Source: Anthoceros angustus
Lineage: Eukaryota > Plantae > Anthocerotophyta
Assembly (NCBI GenBank): GCA_010909165.1
Contig: VJWM01000187.1
Span: 372,001-436,000 of the forward strand
DNA length: 64,000 bases
Reading direction: 5' to 3'
The position numbers were made by a program, and so were the translations under genes. Below the pieces are notes generated by a model that was not told where the DNA came from, ran no database searches, and worked only from the letters and a program-made list of their open reading frames with translations. This document shows, piece by piece, positions 13,000 through 25,710 of the stretch. The stretch's first letter is position 1. The number at the start of each line of letters is the position of its first letter.

Positions 13000-15900
13000 T
13001 TTGGGAAATTTCTACAATTATCTGATTGAAAATGTAACACGACCACTTGGCTTGATTGGTACTTTACATTATCATAATTGGCAACCAATTGATGAAGAGG
13101 ACTTGGCGAAATTGACCATCTTCCGCAAGGTCACAACCTAAAACAACACAACCATTAATTTTCAATCTAGTAAACTGATTAATAAAAGCATAAAGCTTCG
13201 ATCCGGATTTTCGCGAGATCGATTGCATATCTCGAGGCATACACTCCGTTGTCTTTCCCACGTAATCTCCGAACCTCTTGCTCTTTCTGCTGCGCTTGAT
13301 TTCTCTTGATGCTTAATATGCTCTTGTCTCCTCTCGCATTTCTCCCTCTGAATCTCAAGGGCTTTCTCTCTTTGCTTAGAGACTCGTAATTCAAGCTTTC
13401 GCCTCTGTCTCTCTATAAGTGCCTCCAAATCCTTTTTGCTGAAACTCCATTTCCTGTTTCAATTTGTCATTCTCCAATTCCGTTCTCGGGAGATCGGCAA
13501 GCCATTGCTCAAAGCCACATTTCCATTTGATCCACAGTGCAATATATCAGGTGCTACCACCACATACATCTGGTTAACTTCGGATGAATCACACTCACTG
13601 CACAATGCCCTCCAACGGAGGGCCACCGCATCCACTTCCCTCTGTGTCAATGTTGAAATGAGGGATGAAAGCCCACTAGTCGAAGGATTTACAATCTGCC
13701 AAGAAGAACACAATCAGGAAACTCCAAAATGAATGAAAACAACCAAAGAACAGCCAAAGAATCAACCTTGTCAACATATGGAATTTGAGTAGAACACCCT
13801 GTCGTTGGTGCTAGTGTCCATCTGGATGCCTTGGCAACAGCTTTCAGAAGGTGCCTGCCAATAAAAACAAGAACCAGTATGATTAAAAAAAACTAACATG
13901 GCCAGACTACAACAAAGCAACTTCACAATACTAACCTGAACTTCAAGACACAGTGGACCACATGGTGCAGAAAAACTCAGTTCAGTCCCAACATTGTTCA
14001 GGGGTCTGCTTTCATGATGAATAACAGGAGTGGCCACGAGGAGACGACAAATCGAAACAAGTCGGGACACGAGATTTTGACACACAATCCCTACTTGATA
14101 CAAATCTCAAACACTTACATTACTAACGTGTTGCACTTGCAAGGGGCCGATCTTGGTGACTAAAATACTATTTCGAGTTACATTCAACACATTGACGGAA
14201 GAACACCCTTAAATCATCCCGCATCCGATTGAGTTCTTCATTTAAAAGCTCGATAAGATCGTCGTTCACGAGAACAAGAACTCTTCGGTACTTTTTTGCT
14301 TGACCGAGCGGTCATATCTGCAAAACATATGAGAACGTTAGGAACGAGCATACAAAGACTCAAATGTCACAAGCTTTCACAACATATTACCTTGAAAATC
14401 CAAATCCGTTTTATGGCGGTCACACTTCTCCCGGCCGAGGGCACGAGCCATCGTCAAGCGTGTAATCATCGTTACAGCAGCTCTTATTGGTGTAGTAGCC
14501 AACAAGCCCAGCTGCTTCAGCCATGGTCTTCATAAATCTTGACAGCATTCCTTTTGAAACACGAAGTTTTGCATACCAAGCCTGAACAAAAAAACAAACA
14601 GTTAGTAAATAGAAACCACAAAACTCAAGCCCAATAAACCAAAAACTTACATTGGATCTTGGGTTATCAATGGTTGAATTGAAGAGAAACCCCTGAATTG
14701 ACAAATTCTTGTCATGTGCAGACCACTTGGGAGAGTGATCAATATGACTTTAAAGGTTTCGATGGCGTCCTTTTCGTAGATCTTTGACCTTTTGAAATGC
14801 TCACTCTGGTAGTTCTTCATATCCACTTTGTAATTTTTGAATGCCGTTCTTCATACACGCAAATGAAGGCGAGCTCATCTGATACATCAAAACATCAAAC
14901 AAACGGAAACAAAAGACTACCTCTTGAACAAAAGGTCCACTTTGAATCGATGCAAATGAGAAGTCCCTAATGAGCGGGTTATGTAACTCTTCACCACCTC
15001 GAACCCCAAACTGGTCATGCAAAAATATGCACACGCAAACAATATAAGCATAAGGGCTCGTTTAAGACCATAAATGAACAATCAAAGTGCACCCCAAAAC
15101 CAACAATATTACCTTTTAAGCCCCAAATGAGCATTGATGATCTCTGTGAAAGAATCATCGCTCATCATCATCAAACCTCTTTTCGACATGACACAATCCC
15201 AAGGTCCTTGCTGATTTTCATGGGCAATAGGCACCCATGGAAAATTCCATGAAACAAGTTGATCGAACATCGAGAACCAAGCCGGCTTTGGTTCGGGATG
15301 CACTTGTTAAAATCCGGTTAAACCCACGAAAGAAAGACATCACCGCGTGAAGATCGGATCACCATGTGAGGAAAGTCGAACTATCAAAATCAACAAGTAA
15401 GAAAACATCACTACTTACGTTTACGGAGAAAATCTCCTGTCCTTGATTCGAACTTGATGGAAAAAGGGTATCGAATAAGATTTAGATCCTTGTAAGGAAT
15501 ATCCTCAAGATATCCCATCCCCTCACTTTCATAAAGGCCACGAGGCGACTTGACACGCTTATTACGCTTTGACCTATCCTCCCCACCACTCAAAGCATCA
15601 TTCACAGCTCCCTCGGGGACAAATCACTGCTCTCGAAAATTTCTTCATCATCAATTTCCTCCATACCCATGGCAAAGTCATCTTGGGACCCGGACACTTT
15701 AGCCTCTCAAACATATCGAGCACTTCTTGATCGGGATGACTCGGTCGGGGAACCACAGCATGGAAAAGCGCCTGTAAAGCATCCTGTTCAAGCACACAAA
15801 TCTCTAGACTCTAGGCAGGCTTTGGCGGTCACAACCATGGGATCCTCGTTATCAAGAAATCATTCTCCCCACAAATGGACCCCTCTCGAGACCGGGACAT

Positions 15901-16200
15901 AGTTAGTAATCTCCGCAAGAGGACCTTCAACCAATGCCACAGTCGTGTCAACCCTTCTCTCTTTCTGCACAAACTCAAGCGTCGAGCATCCTTCTTGGAT
16001 GAGAAGTGCCTTGGGTTTAGGAATGCCTTTTTGGAACTAAATATGTTCCTTCACATGCACAACACCATCAACTTTACCATCATCCTGCAGTGGATGAGTT
16101 GCGAGGAGACGGTGACTTGACTGTGTCTAGTGTGCCATGACTTGAGGACCCTTGCTTCTTTCCCGGTCCAGGAGTGGGTTTCCTTTTGGGTGCCATCTGC
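13000..16200 (-). CDS. Crypton/DUF3504-like tyrosine recombinase, copy 2 (multi-exon; ends approximate)
   Basis: EDIPYKDLN, MKISKDLG, FGVRGGEELHN (~14980-15010), GT-AG intron 14582-14650, AWYAKLRVSKGMLSRFMKTMAEAAGLVGYYTNKSC, H-K motif, GT-AG intron 14318-14390, then YDRSVK. Confidence 0.82.
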
Positions 16201-18581
16201 AAAAGCACCGGTGATCAAAACACAAAAAAACATTTGAACCAGTTAATGAACTTGCAAAAACCAACATGAAAAGACTTACATGGAGATGAATGCTTTCAAA
16301 TGAGAACTGCTGAAGGGTCTAAAGTTGATTATACCACAATCGAAAAGAAGGGAGTGTGGGAGATATTGCAGAGACACATCCTTTGATCTATACTGTTAGA
16401 TTTTGCGATCCCTCCATTTTAAGTTAGAGAAACTTCCATTTTAACAAACCCACATACTTCAAACACTCTTTTGCCAATAATATTGATAGACATTAGCCCA
16501 AGCGAGCCTTGATCACCGACCAGAAACACAATTTCACACTCGGGCAAATAGTTATCCCGAGACAGACAGACAATTAGAATGTTGGAAGAGCACCTTTGAC
16601 AAATTTACCGAAAGCAAGTTTAGTGAGGTGGATATTATGAATGTCAAGAACATAAAGCAAAAAAAAGGAAAGTGTAAACATCTTACTAAAATCCGAATTC
16701 ACCCTAAGAATTTTCGCGTGGGTGATGCACAACAAAAGGAGAAAAAGTTAACAACCCGGCATCGATGAAACAAACATAGCGCAAAAGAACCACGATTGAC
16801 AACACCAACCATGACCAAGATACAAACCACGAGACATAATGCAATAAACAAGAACAAAAGTCGACATAAAACACGAAACTAAACACATCATTAGACAAAC
16901 ACGAAAGTGACTAACAAGCGTGCACACGTTGGTGACGATGCAAAGACAATTCTGCGATGCGACGGTGGCGAAGTGATCTACCTTCCAATCGCGGACAAAG
17001 CGATGGCGCGCATCACAAAAGCAACGACAACGGCGCATGTGAACAACTTCAAAAGACAAATACCTTTAAAATGTTTTGCCCAAAGGCGGCGATGCATGGA
17101 ACAAGCTCTTCGCATGAAAAATAAGAGCATAAGTACAGAAGCGTAAGAACACCACACGAGTTAAGGGCGCAACACTTTAGAGAGAAAAGTACAAAAGCTG
17201 CGTGATTACAAATCGAGTCGAAGCAACGCTCACATGCCTTCGTATCCGAGATACAGAACAATGTTTATACTTCACAAAGAAGAACATGCAGATATAAAAT
17301 CGGACACGCGCGACACATCGGTGATAAACAAACGGACACGCTAAACGAGATAAACACCAAGCGAAAACAAACTTATTAACAAGAGCATATATAGAAAATG
17401 AAAGCAGAGACGATGAAAACACAAGACCGACAAGACATTACACACATCTCAAAGGCACTTCACGTGCGTCTTGAGCGTAAAATAACGCTGTGAACAAGCG
17501 GACAACACATTAACATGTAAGGCAATACCACAAAAGCAGTCAAGATCTGCGAGCAACATAGTCACACAAAACAAGACTCCAAGTCGGTGGAAGTGATGAT
17601 GACAAAGCAACAACCAGCGAGAAGAGCAAAATGAGAACACGAGCAAAGCAGACACAAAAGCACACCGTCCAGCAAGATAAAGCGAAGAGGCAAGTGAGAA
17701 CAAAGCAGTCTAACAACTTATAGTCGAGCATGAGAGGTTAAAAGACACCTTGGCCTTGACAGCGACAAGACGCAAAACCCTTGGCCTCGAACAAAACAAC
17801 AATAAAAGAAACCTCGAATAACAAAGAAGACCTTGGCCCGGACGAGCATAAAGCGTAAACATAAAAACACTGAGCTAAGTCAGACAACAACAAGACAAGC
17901 TAACACAACAGAATCACGACATGATGCAAACCACAAGGCAGGCGCAAAGAAAGCTAAACATCTAAAACAAGCTAGGGCGAAATGGACCGACAAAGCGCGC
18001 GAGCACCACCTGGACCCAAGAAAAACCAACCGCCTTGGCCCTCGGACAAAAGCATGAAAGAACTTAAAACGAACAACAAATCGGACGTAAAAGCGTGCGT
18101 GGGGACATAGAAAAAGAAGGGAGAGGGCCTTAACCTAAAGGAATCCTGGAAGGTCAAGCAAAACCCTTGGCCTCGACAAAACAACAATGAGAAACCTCGA
18201 ACAACAAAGAAGACCAGGCCCGGACCAAAGCATAACGTCATAAAAGAACCAAGGAACAACACAACCCTTGGCCTGAAAGCACATCAAAATACAATGAGAA
18301 CGGACTGAGACTATGAACTAACAAGCAAATCACCATGATGCAAGCACTACAAGGCCGAAAGCTAAGGCAACTAAAAAGCGCTAGGAGCTGGAGAAGCGCC
18401 TTGGCGCAGCGAGCACCTGGACCGCAACAAGTGAGAAACCAACCCTTGGCTCGGACAAAAGCTGAAACAAAGCTACAACCTTGGAAAGGACGTCAACCGA
18501 GGGACTAGAAAAGAGGAGTAGAAAACGCAGCAAGAATACCGGAAGGTCCCACCGAAAAACACTGAAAGACCTCCGTGAACC

Positions 18582-18606
18582 CTTATATAGACCCCAAACC
18601 CTAACC
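18582..18606 (-). promoter_or_regulatory. Putative TATA box plus telo-box between the divergent genes of YR copy 2
   Basis: CTTATATAG followed by AAACCCTAACC. Position conserved in all three copies. Confidence 0.5.
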
Positions 18607-19899
18607 CTTCTCTCTCTGCGCCGCCACTCTCTCTCTAGAACCAAATTTGAAAATACCAAACCTACTCGAGCCGGACACCCAACAACCTAGGTCGCCATTC
18701 GTTGCCGCGCCCTCCTCAAACCTAGTCTTGTTCCAAACCTAGCCATAACCTAACCTAATTTCCGAACCTCTTCGTGCGTCGAACCTCCTGAACACCAGCC
18801 ACGGCTCTTGAGCATCCGAACCCTAATTCATGTCTTGAGCACTCACGCCTCGGACTCACTTCTATCGCCCACCAGTCGCTGCTCCCGCCCGCCCACGCCG
18901 CCCTGTGTCACTCGCCCTCAGCTCCGCTAGTTCCCTTGTTCCATCCTCGAGTGTTCCTCCCACCTCCCTACCGCCCTGCCACAGCTGCCTCTTTCTCCAC
19001 GTCCCTTGCTCACCTCGTGAGGCTGCGTCTTCACCTATGAACGCCTTTCGCCCGCAACGCGTTTCTCTTTTCGTAGTGAATAGCGAGTTTCTCTCATCCG
19101 AGCCCGAGCGCTCAACACACTCTGCTGGCTTCTCCCTTTGGTTCCAGGCGGTGCAAGCAATACCTCATCATCATTGGCGGCCTCAGGTGAAGAGCACGTG
19201 AAGACGTTTGCGATTGGCAAGGTGAAACTTACGCCGAGAGTTTGTTTTGCCTTTGAAATTGTTTGTTGTCTTTTGCTTTGTGCCTATGCTCATGCTTGAC
19301 TCTACCGAGATACCACAAGAAGGTTCGAACGGCGAGAGTTGGCTCCGCAAGAAAATGCCGATTTTCCCGACGGGCCCTTTCCACTCACCCTGCTTGCCGC
19401 TCACCGCAGCGCCAAGGAGACAAAAGAGGTCTCCCTTGGCGTCCTCCGTGGGTACGACAACACTCTTGCGTGTGTGCGTCTTTTATTCTTTTCTTCGCCT
19501 CTAACACCCGGCGTCTCGCTCTTGCCTCAGTCTTTGCTTGTGAATAGCTTATCGCTGCTATGTTTGCTTGCGCTTTCTTACCTTGAATGTTGCTGCGAGA
19601 AAACCTGACTCCTCTACACACGGCCTTGAGTCCAACATGCAGAAGACATCGAGCAGTAACAAGCCTACGGTGCGAACTTATCTTTCTACGCTTCGTTTGT
19701 TTTCAAAGTCGCTACTCGACCGAAAACGCTAGCAAGTCTTGATAGTTCTCGATGCTTGGCGTTTCTCACTCTCTTTATTCTCGCTTAATCTCGGTTAATC
19801 CTCCGGACGTAACCCGTTCAGTAGTGACTCCGCGCGCGGTGCGGGCCACACACATGCAAGAGCAGCGCGCTCTGTCTCAACCTATAGAGGCTGCAGTCG

Positions 19900-21990
19900 C
19901 ATGCAGCCTTTCCTTAGGCATACAGTTGTCCTTAAAACTCAGGTTCAAACTGTAGCTAGAGTCAGCATTGGTCATTCAGCAATGTTTGAGTCAACATCGC
20001 GTCGTGACAACAACTTGTCAACTTTATGCCGGTATAGCATGGGAACATGCGCTGTTGGTGGCATGCATCGGCGTTTGCAACTTGATATTGGATCACTCGA
20101 CGAAGTTCAAAAGTCCGTAATCATATTTTATTTCTAACCGTGTTTTCCTAACTATTCGTTGGAAGTGAAATTGCATGTCCGAATATCTTAACGAGACATG
20201 AAAACCGGTTTGAGCGTAAGTCATATAGTCTTTGTGTTGCCGTAGTATATTTTATCAGCTGAAAGTCGCGGCATGCGACAACTTGCACCGAACGACAACT
20301 GCGGAGATGGCGCAAACACGTGCATTTTAAAAGTTCAAGTTATTCATTGGCACGGCTGCTTTTATTCTAATGGCATCCGAGAATGAGAAACAGCGATGAA
20401 ATGGTCGACATCCAAGAAGGTAATGATCATTTACGCCTATAAATCCATTTTTGGTTGACTCATGGTGATTTTTCCGTAAGTGACAATAGTAAAGACCCAA
20501 CAAACCTTAACTGGCGATCAACAACAATGTTCCCACCCATGGGGATCCAGGATATGATGACTGAAGTTCAAATCCTCTCATTGAGATACGAAGATAGTTG
20601 AGAAAGGTAATACATTTCAATTAAACTAATTGAATCTCCATGAACATTTCTAACTCGATATCTTTGATAGATTACTACGGAGCACACTATGTTCACATCA
20701 ATGGACAAAAAGGACTTGCTCCTTTGCCGGTGCAATTGGAAAAAATTAAAAAGGTAAAGACTTGGTTCGCAACTTTCTAGGGACAATATGTATCGCAACT
20801 CACTTTAGTTGTATATGGTTACAGGATATTAAGAAGAATCTCAACAACTCAATTAGAGTTGGAAACAATGACTACGGGGAGGTTTAATGGACAAGATCTC
20901 AATTCATCGATTTTGGAGGTAAACAACTACACTATTATGTGTATTTATTTGTAATAAATACTAATTTCCTTGTTCTGATCTTCTTGAACAAGTTGCAGCT
21001 AAGGAAATTAAGGAGAAAATTGAAGCAATGGATGACAAAATCAACAACACGACCATCTTTCATCGTAATTGCTGTTGTATGTTTGTAATTAATAATTAGT
21101 ATATTTGTAAGTAGTATATAATACAATCTTTTCAAAAGGACAAAAGAGGAAAAAGGAGTCAAGATAATGCACCAACGTATGGACCATCGAAGAATTTGCG
21201 ATTTTGGAAAATGGATGGATAACTTTCGTATCCACAAGTCTTCCAAGATTTTAAATAGATATGTTCCCATTTGGGAACATAGCCTCAAAGATCCACAATC
21301 GCAATGAAGATGGGTCGTGAACCCTAGAAGACATGGAGATCCAAAAAGTAAGTGTTATCGGTTTATGTTATTCTTAGTATAGTTTATTTGAATCGGTTTA
21401 TGTAGTACTAATGAAATTTTGAGTTTTGGTAGAAATATCGCCATTGAAAATAAGGAGCTAAAACCATGCACTTGTTGACTCGATGGAAGATCCGAAACTA
21501 CAAAAACATTCAAAAGGTTAGTTCAGTAACAATTTATTTATGTAAACAAGGAAAATTGATATTCGTATTTTTTAAATATGTAAATTCTAACGTTGATACC
21601 TCTTTGCGAGCATCACATTTCCGTAGTGTGGGAAATCTTCACAGCCATTGCCTCACATTAGTGAGAAAGGTATTCGAGCAAGATCTTCTTGACTTGAGAT
21701 GGGTAAAATATTAACTGCATTTTTGTTTGTAGTTATCGAAGAATCAAAAGGAGTTGTTTGCACTATTTGAGGTTAGTACATCATATTTACAGGTGAAATT
21801 GAATATGTACGATATCTAACATTTACCATTGCCGCTTATTCCGTTTGACGAAATTTTGAAATGATTAACTTTCTTCTGGACCGTATAATGAACAAAGAAA
21901 GAAGTATTATTCAAGACGAGCGGATCCGAAATCGCGGTGTACACCCCTTCAACGCCCGAGAAGAAAGTTAGAAAGGATAAATCGTAAAAG
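19900..21990 (+). CDS. Multi-exon cargo gene of the YR element; possible Myb/SANT-like motif; function unknown
   Basis: Repeated short GT..AG introns. Exon peptides WTIEEFAILENGWITF (~21180), LVRKVFEQDLL and LSKNQKELFALFE. Conserved in copy 3 and in the inverted fragment. Confidence 0.55.
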
Positions 21991-22257
21991 CGAAAGGCAA
22001 ACGTAACAGCGTGAAAGTGAAAAACTCAAGTGCGAAAGTGGCTGAAGAGAGAGAAAAAGACTTTTAAAGTGGTTGCACAAACAGCGATTCTAAAGATCTT
22101 GAGACCTCCGCCTCGGTGGTCGAGTGGGAGGCGTCTCGGCCCCCGGCTCCGCCGCCGAGAGGCAGGCGCTCGTCGGGCGCCCGGCCTACGGTCTCGGCCT
22201 CGGCCTCGGCCGTTCTCGCGTAGCCCGGCGTCCGTTCTAATAATATAATCTAAGGCT

Positions 22258-22965
22258 CAATTCACGAGCTCTTCCAAACAAAAATTCCCACTTTGCAAAA
22301 ACCATGCATCTATAACGGATGCATGCGGACGCAAAATCGGTAAGTGCTCTTGAGCGTACTCACCGCCACATTACATCGTCGGCAATGCTCTTGGCCGGCA
22401 GTTCCTCGAGATCTTGAGACCATGTATATAACTCCGGTGGCCGGAGCGGATGTAATTTTGTTTTCGAGGCACTCCACTTGAAAAAGCTCTCGCACTTTCC
22501 TTGCATTTCGAACTGGAACAAAAGTCTGCAAAATCCTTGGGCGGATAGCTTTGGGCCAGCGCGGATTTCCTCGGGTCGTGACTCGTCATGACCCTCATTT
22601 CTAGGAGGTCCACCAACTTCCCAACAACCCCTGGTCAAGGCTATAGCTGCAGTACCCAAAGCCTCGTAGATTTCTTGCATTGAGGTCCTTTCTTCTTTAC
22701 AAGCCACGTACATAGCGGCGCCACATCGTCTTCACAACTCCCTTTTCTCAAGACCCTCGCCTTCTTGTACAAGGAACTTGCCAATACACGTGTTGTGCAC
22801 AATTCTCATTCTTCTGCGAGCTCAAATCCTATCAAAGCGGATGTCATTGCCGTGAGTGGGAACCCGTGCATTCGTGTTCCGCGTGTGGATGCAACCCATT
22901 TTCCTTTGCGCTTTGTAGTGCGGATGCAAGTGGTTAGGCCAGCATGGTCGAGCAAGTCATCCGTG
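22258..22965 (-). pseudogene. TFIIB: TFIIB-like gene U1 (cyclin-fold repeats; 5' zinc ribbon deleted)
   Basis: MYVACKEERTSMQEIYEALG...GVIYMVSRS...NVAVSTLKSTY...AWFLQSG resembles the TFIIB core (YIACRQE..RTVKEI; VIYI..; GVAEGTIRNSY..AWY). Confidence 0.8.
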
Positions 22966-23004
22966 TATCGTGGGGCGTCCCTGCTATCTGCTCCATCAAT
23001 AAAT

Positions 23005-24884
23005 CCACGAGGGCTTTGGACAATGAGTGACTAACACAATGATTGTTTTCTCAAGCAGAGTAAAGAATTCCCGCGGCTTTGGACAACCTTGACACCTTAC
23101 GAGGGCTTGTCCGTTTATGAATATATGTAAGTCGCATCCCTCATTTATATACCCAAGTTTTCCTTGGCCCTTGGGAATCTTCGTGGAATTTTGCATCCGA
23201 AACCCCTAATTACCATGGGCCAAGGAACAATCATCCTTGGATTTCGTCATCCCTTTTTTTACTTCCTTGAGGTTGATTCCGTCCTTGGACTTTGGCCTCA
23301 CAAATTTTTCCACAAAGTTCTTCTTTCTCGAGCAGGGCCTTGAGTCCGCTAGCCTATGCGCCTCGGGGACGCCGGAGTCTGCCGTCCTATTGGCGCACTC
23401 CGGCACACCCGCTGAGCCAAGATGCAGTCCGTCGGCCTACCCGCAGATCGAGCCTCCCACTCCCCAATCGACGTTCTCTACGGTTTAGGGTTATCGGGCC
23501 TACCACTCCAGTCGCCGTCCTTTCGGCCCTCCTGAGACTTCTCACGGTGAGTGCACGATGGCGGTGTCGTGCAATCCCGACCACATGCGGTGAAGCTTGA
23601 GAAACCGTTTTAATTTTTGAAAGTGTTTCGTAGAAAGGGCCTATGTAAATTAGCCTACTTGTACCAAATATCAAAGGCTATCGCGTCAAGCTATGTTGGA
23701 GCTTGAAATGACAACTTGCATGCGAGAAGGAAGCGAAGTCAACCAAGAACAACCTTTAGACTAAACCACATCCTTGTAGGCGGTGAAAACCAAGCGTGGG
23801 ATGAAAACAATCACTACTATTGAAGTTTTGAAAAGGGTGGAGACCCCATTAAAAGCGTTGAGCGTTTTTAGAGGACTTAACTTTCTGAAGAGAAGCTCTT
23901 TTGCCACCAAAATTTTCAAACCTCCTAGGAGCAAAGATTTGCATAGTACTAAATTGCAATCAAGAATGTAGGTCGCTAGAATGAAGGTGGCGAGATAGTC
24001 TAAAATCTTATGTGAAGCAGTCATGTCCATGCACACGATGTTTGATTTAACGTAAGCAAAAATCTTGTCACTAAGGGCGTGGGACGGCGAGTCTTTCAAT
24101 CCATGAAGTCCATCGGCAAACCTTTAACTTGCATGGTCGAGTGTGCATGAGTGTAAGTGTTGTTGGGAATGCGTGTTGGATCTTGGTGGAATGCGATGCG
24201 GATGTATGGATGGGCGGGTCGGATGCATAGGATTCAAACATTGGATTAATGGAGAGTCTCAGTCACGGCGGCTATATCGACTATGTGCGGCGACATACTC
24301 CTCACATCATTCTTGGCACCGGGGACAAACATTTGACCCCTTGGCAAGCATAACAAATTTGGCGTCATAATGCACCAGTCTATTGATACATTTAATTTTA
24401 CGTAGTGAGAAAAAGTCACGACCATCTTGCATGCTAGTATGTGAGCGCACACACACTGAGCTATTTGATTGAAGGCAAGTTCACGGTAGCATAATCTAAG
24501 GCTCAATTCCACGAGCTCTTCCAAACAAAAATTCCCACTTTGCAAAACCATGCGGTACTATAACGGATGCATGCGGACGCAAAAATCGGTAAGTGCTCTT
24601 GGCGTACTCACGCCACATTACATGCGTCGGCAATGCTCTTGAGCGAGGCAGTTCCCTCGAGATCTTCTGGACCATGTATATAACTCAGCGGTGGCCGTGG
24701 GGAGCTTCGGATGTAATTTTTGTTTTCCGAGGCACTCACGGCTTGAAAGACTCTCGCACTTTCCTTGCGCATTTCGAGCACAGAACAAAGCAGTCTTTGC
24801 AAAAATCCTTGGGCGGATAGCTTTGGGCCAGCGGATTTCCTCGGTCTGTGACTCGTCATGCAGCCCTCATTTCTAGGAGGTCCA
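23005..24884. repeat. TFIIB tandem unit U2 (continues at 44106)
   Basis: Head-to-tail after U1. Near identical to 10990-12484 plus 22246-22615. Confidence 0.9.
24503..24884 (-). pseudogene. TFIIB: TFIIB-like gene U2, 3' half (split by Gypsy insertion)
   Basis: KSIADACNVA and the same C-terminus as U1. Joins 44106 across a TCCA duplication. Confidence 0.78.
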
Positions 24885-25075
24885 GGTCCAGCGCAAGCAG
24901 CGTGACCTCGCAATTTGCCTACCAGCCCTGCTTACAAAGCTAAGTCACTAAACACACTGCGATCTCCTTGGCCTTGGCCGGGAGCAACAATCCTAGCCTT
25001 AATTGTCCTTGGCCTATGACCAAGGGCAAGGCTACAAAAGGTGGGTCACTTTAAGAGGCAGGCCCGAGGCACGGG
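24885..25075. repeat. Repeat A1 of Gypsy 1 (duplicate of ~25706-25870)
   Basis: TACAAAGCTAAGTCACTAAACAC...CCTATGACCAAGGGCAAGGCTA occurs on both sides of the left B repeat. Confidence 0.85.
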
Positions 25076-25077
25076 CA

Positions 25078-25710
25078 GGTGAATCAAGCTGGAAAATTCT
25101 CCCAACGACAATGCAAGCGAACCACAAGAACCTCTAGGAGACAAAGACACGGCGGGGACAGTATGGTGTCTATTAGAACAAGACAAACATCAACAATCCA
25201 GAGAATCCATGGTGCCTACATATATAGGCAAAACCCAGAGTTCTCGATGAAGTGTCCACCGTGTCGATGGTGGGCACTTTATAATCCTACTTTCCTTGGC
25301 CTTGAAATAATAATATTTTATGTTTATGACCTATTCGTCCTTTTCCTTGATTTATGATTTTTATGTATTTTCTAATATAAATCTATCTATATATCGTCAT
25401 TAACCGCGCCTTACATGCATACCATGCATAGATAGCATGCCATGACACATCACACACATGTCCACATACATCACATGTCATCCTTCATCTCCATACGTAT
25501 GCATACATGGCACACATGCATACATGGCATACATGTCATGTGCAGGCCATCCATGGGCCATGTACATGACATCATCAAGCACTTGACGCCGGGGCTTATG
25601 CGAGATGCTCGATCGATATCTAGTCATTTGATTGGGGCTTATGCCGGGATGCTCTAGTATATCCGGTCATAGAGTCTTAGGTGCTCTGTTTCCCATACGA
25701 CATGGTGTCA
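25078..25710 (-). repeat. LTR-like repeat B1 of Gypsy 1
   Basis: ~630 bp match to 43468-44105; ends in CA. Confidence 0.88.

Larger units (their letters stand above)
12485..22245 (-). mobile_element. Crypton-like tyrosine-recombinase DNA element, copy 2 (full length, ~9.76 kb)
   Basis: The flanks rejoin into the empty site TTCAC..ATAATCTAAGGCTC seen at ~790, ~24480 and ~63085. Colinear end to end with 31911-41799. No LTRs or long TIRs. Confidence 0.88.

Noticed and set aside
16600-18500. Hydrophobic Cys/Phe/Leu-rich ORFs resembling membrane proteins (also 5500-6900 and 36100-38000)
   Set aside because: Artefact of the T-rich strand; peptides are not conserved among copies.
22090-22245. Helitron or Mutator interpretation of the 9.8 kb element
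   Set aside because: No Rep/helicase, DDE transposase, CTRR end or long TIRs were seen, whereas YR motifs are present.
22450-22520. GKCESFFKW as a GRF zinc-finger motif
   Set aside because: It lies inside the TFIIB cyclin-repeat region, and the other GRF ligands are absent.
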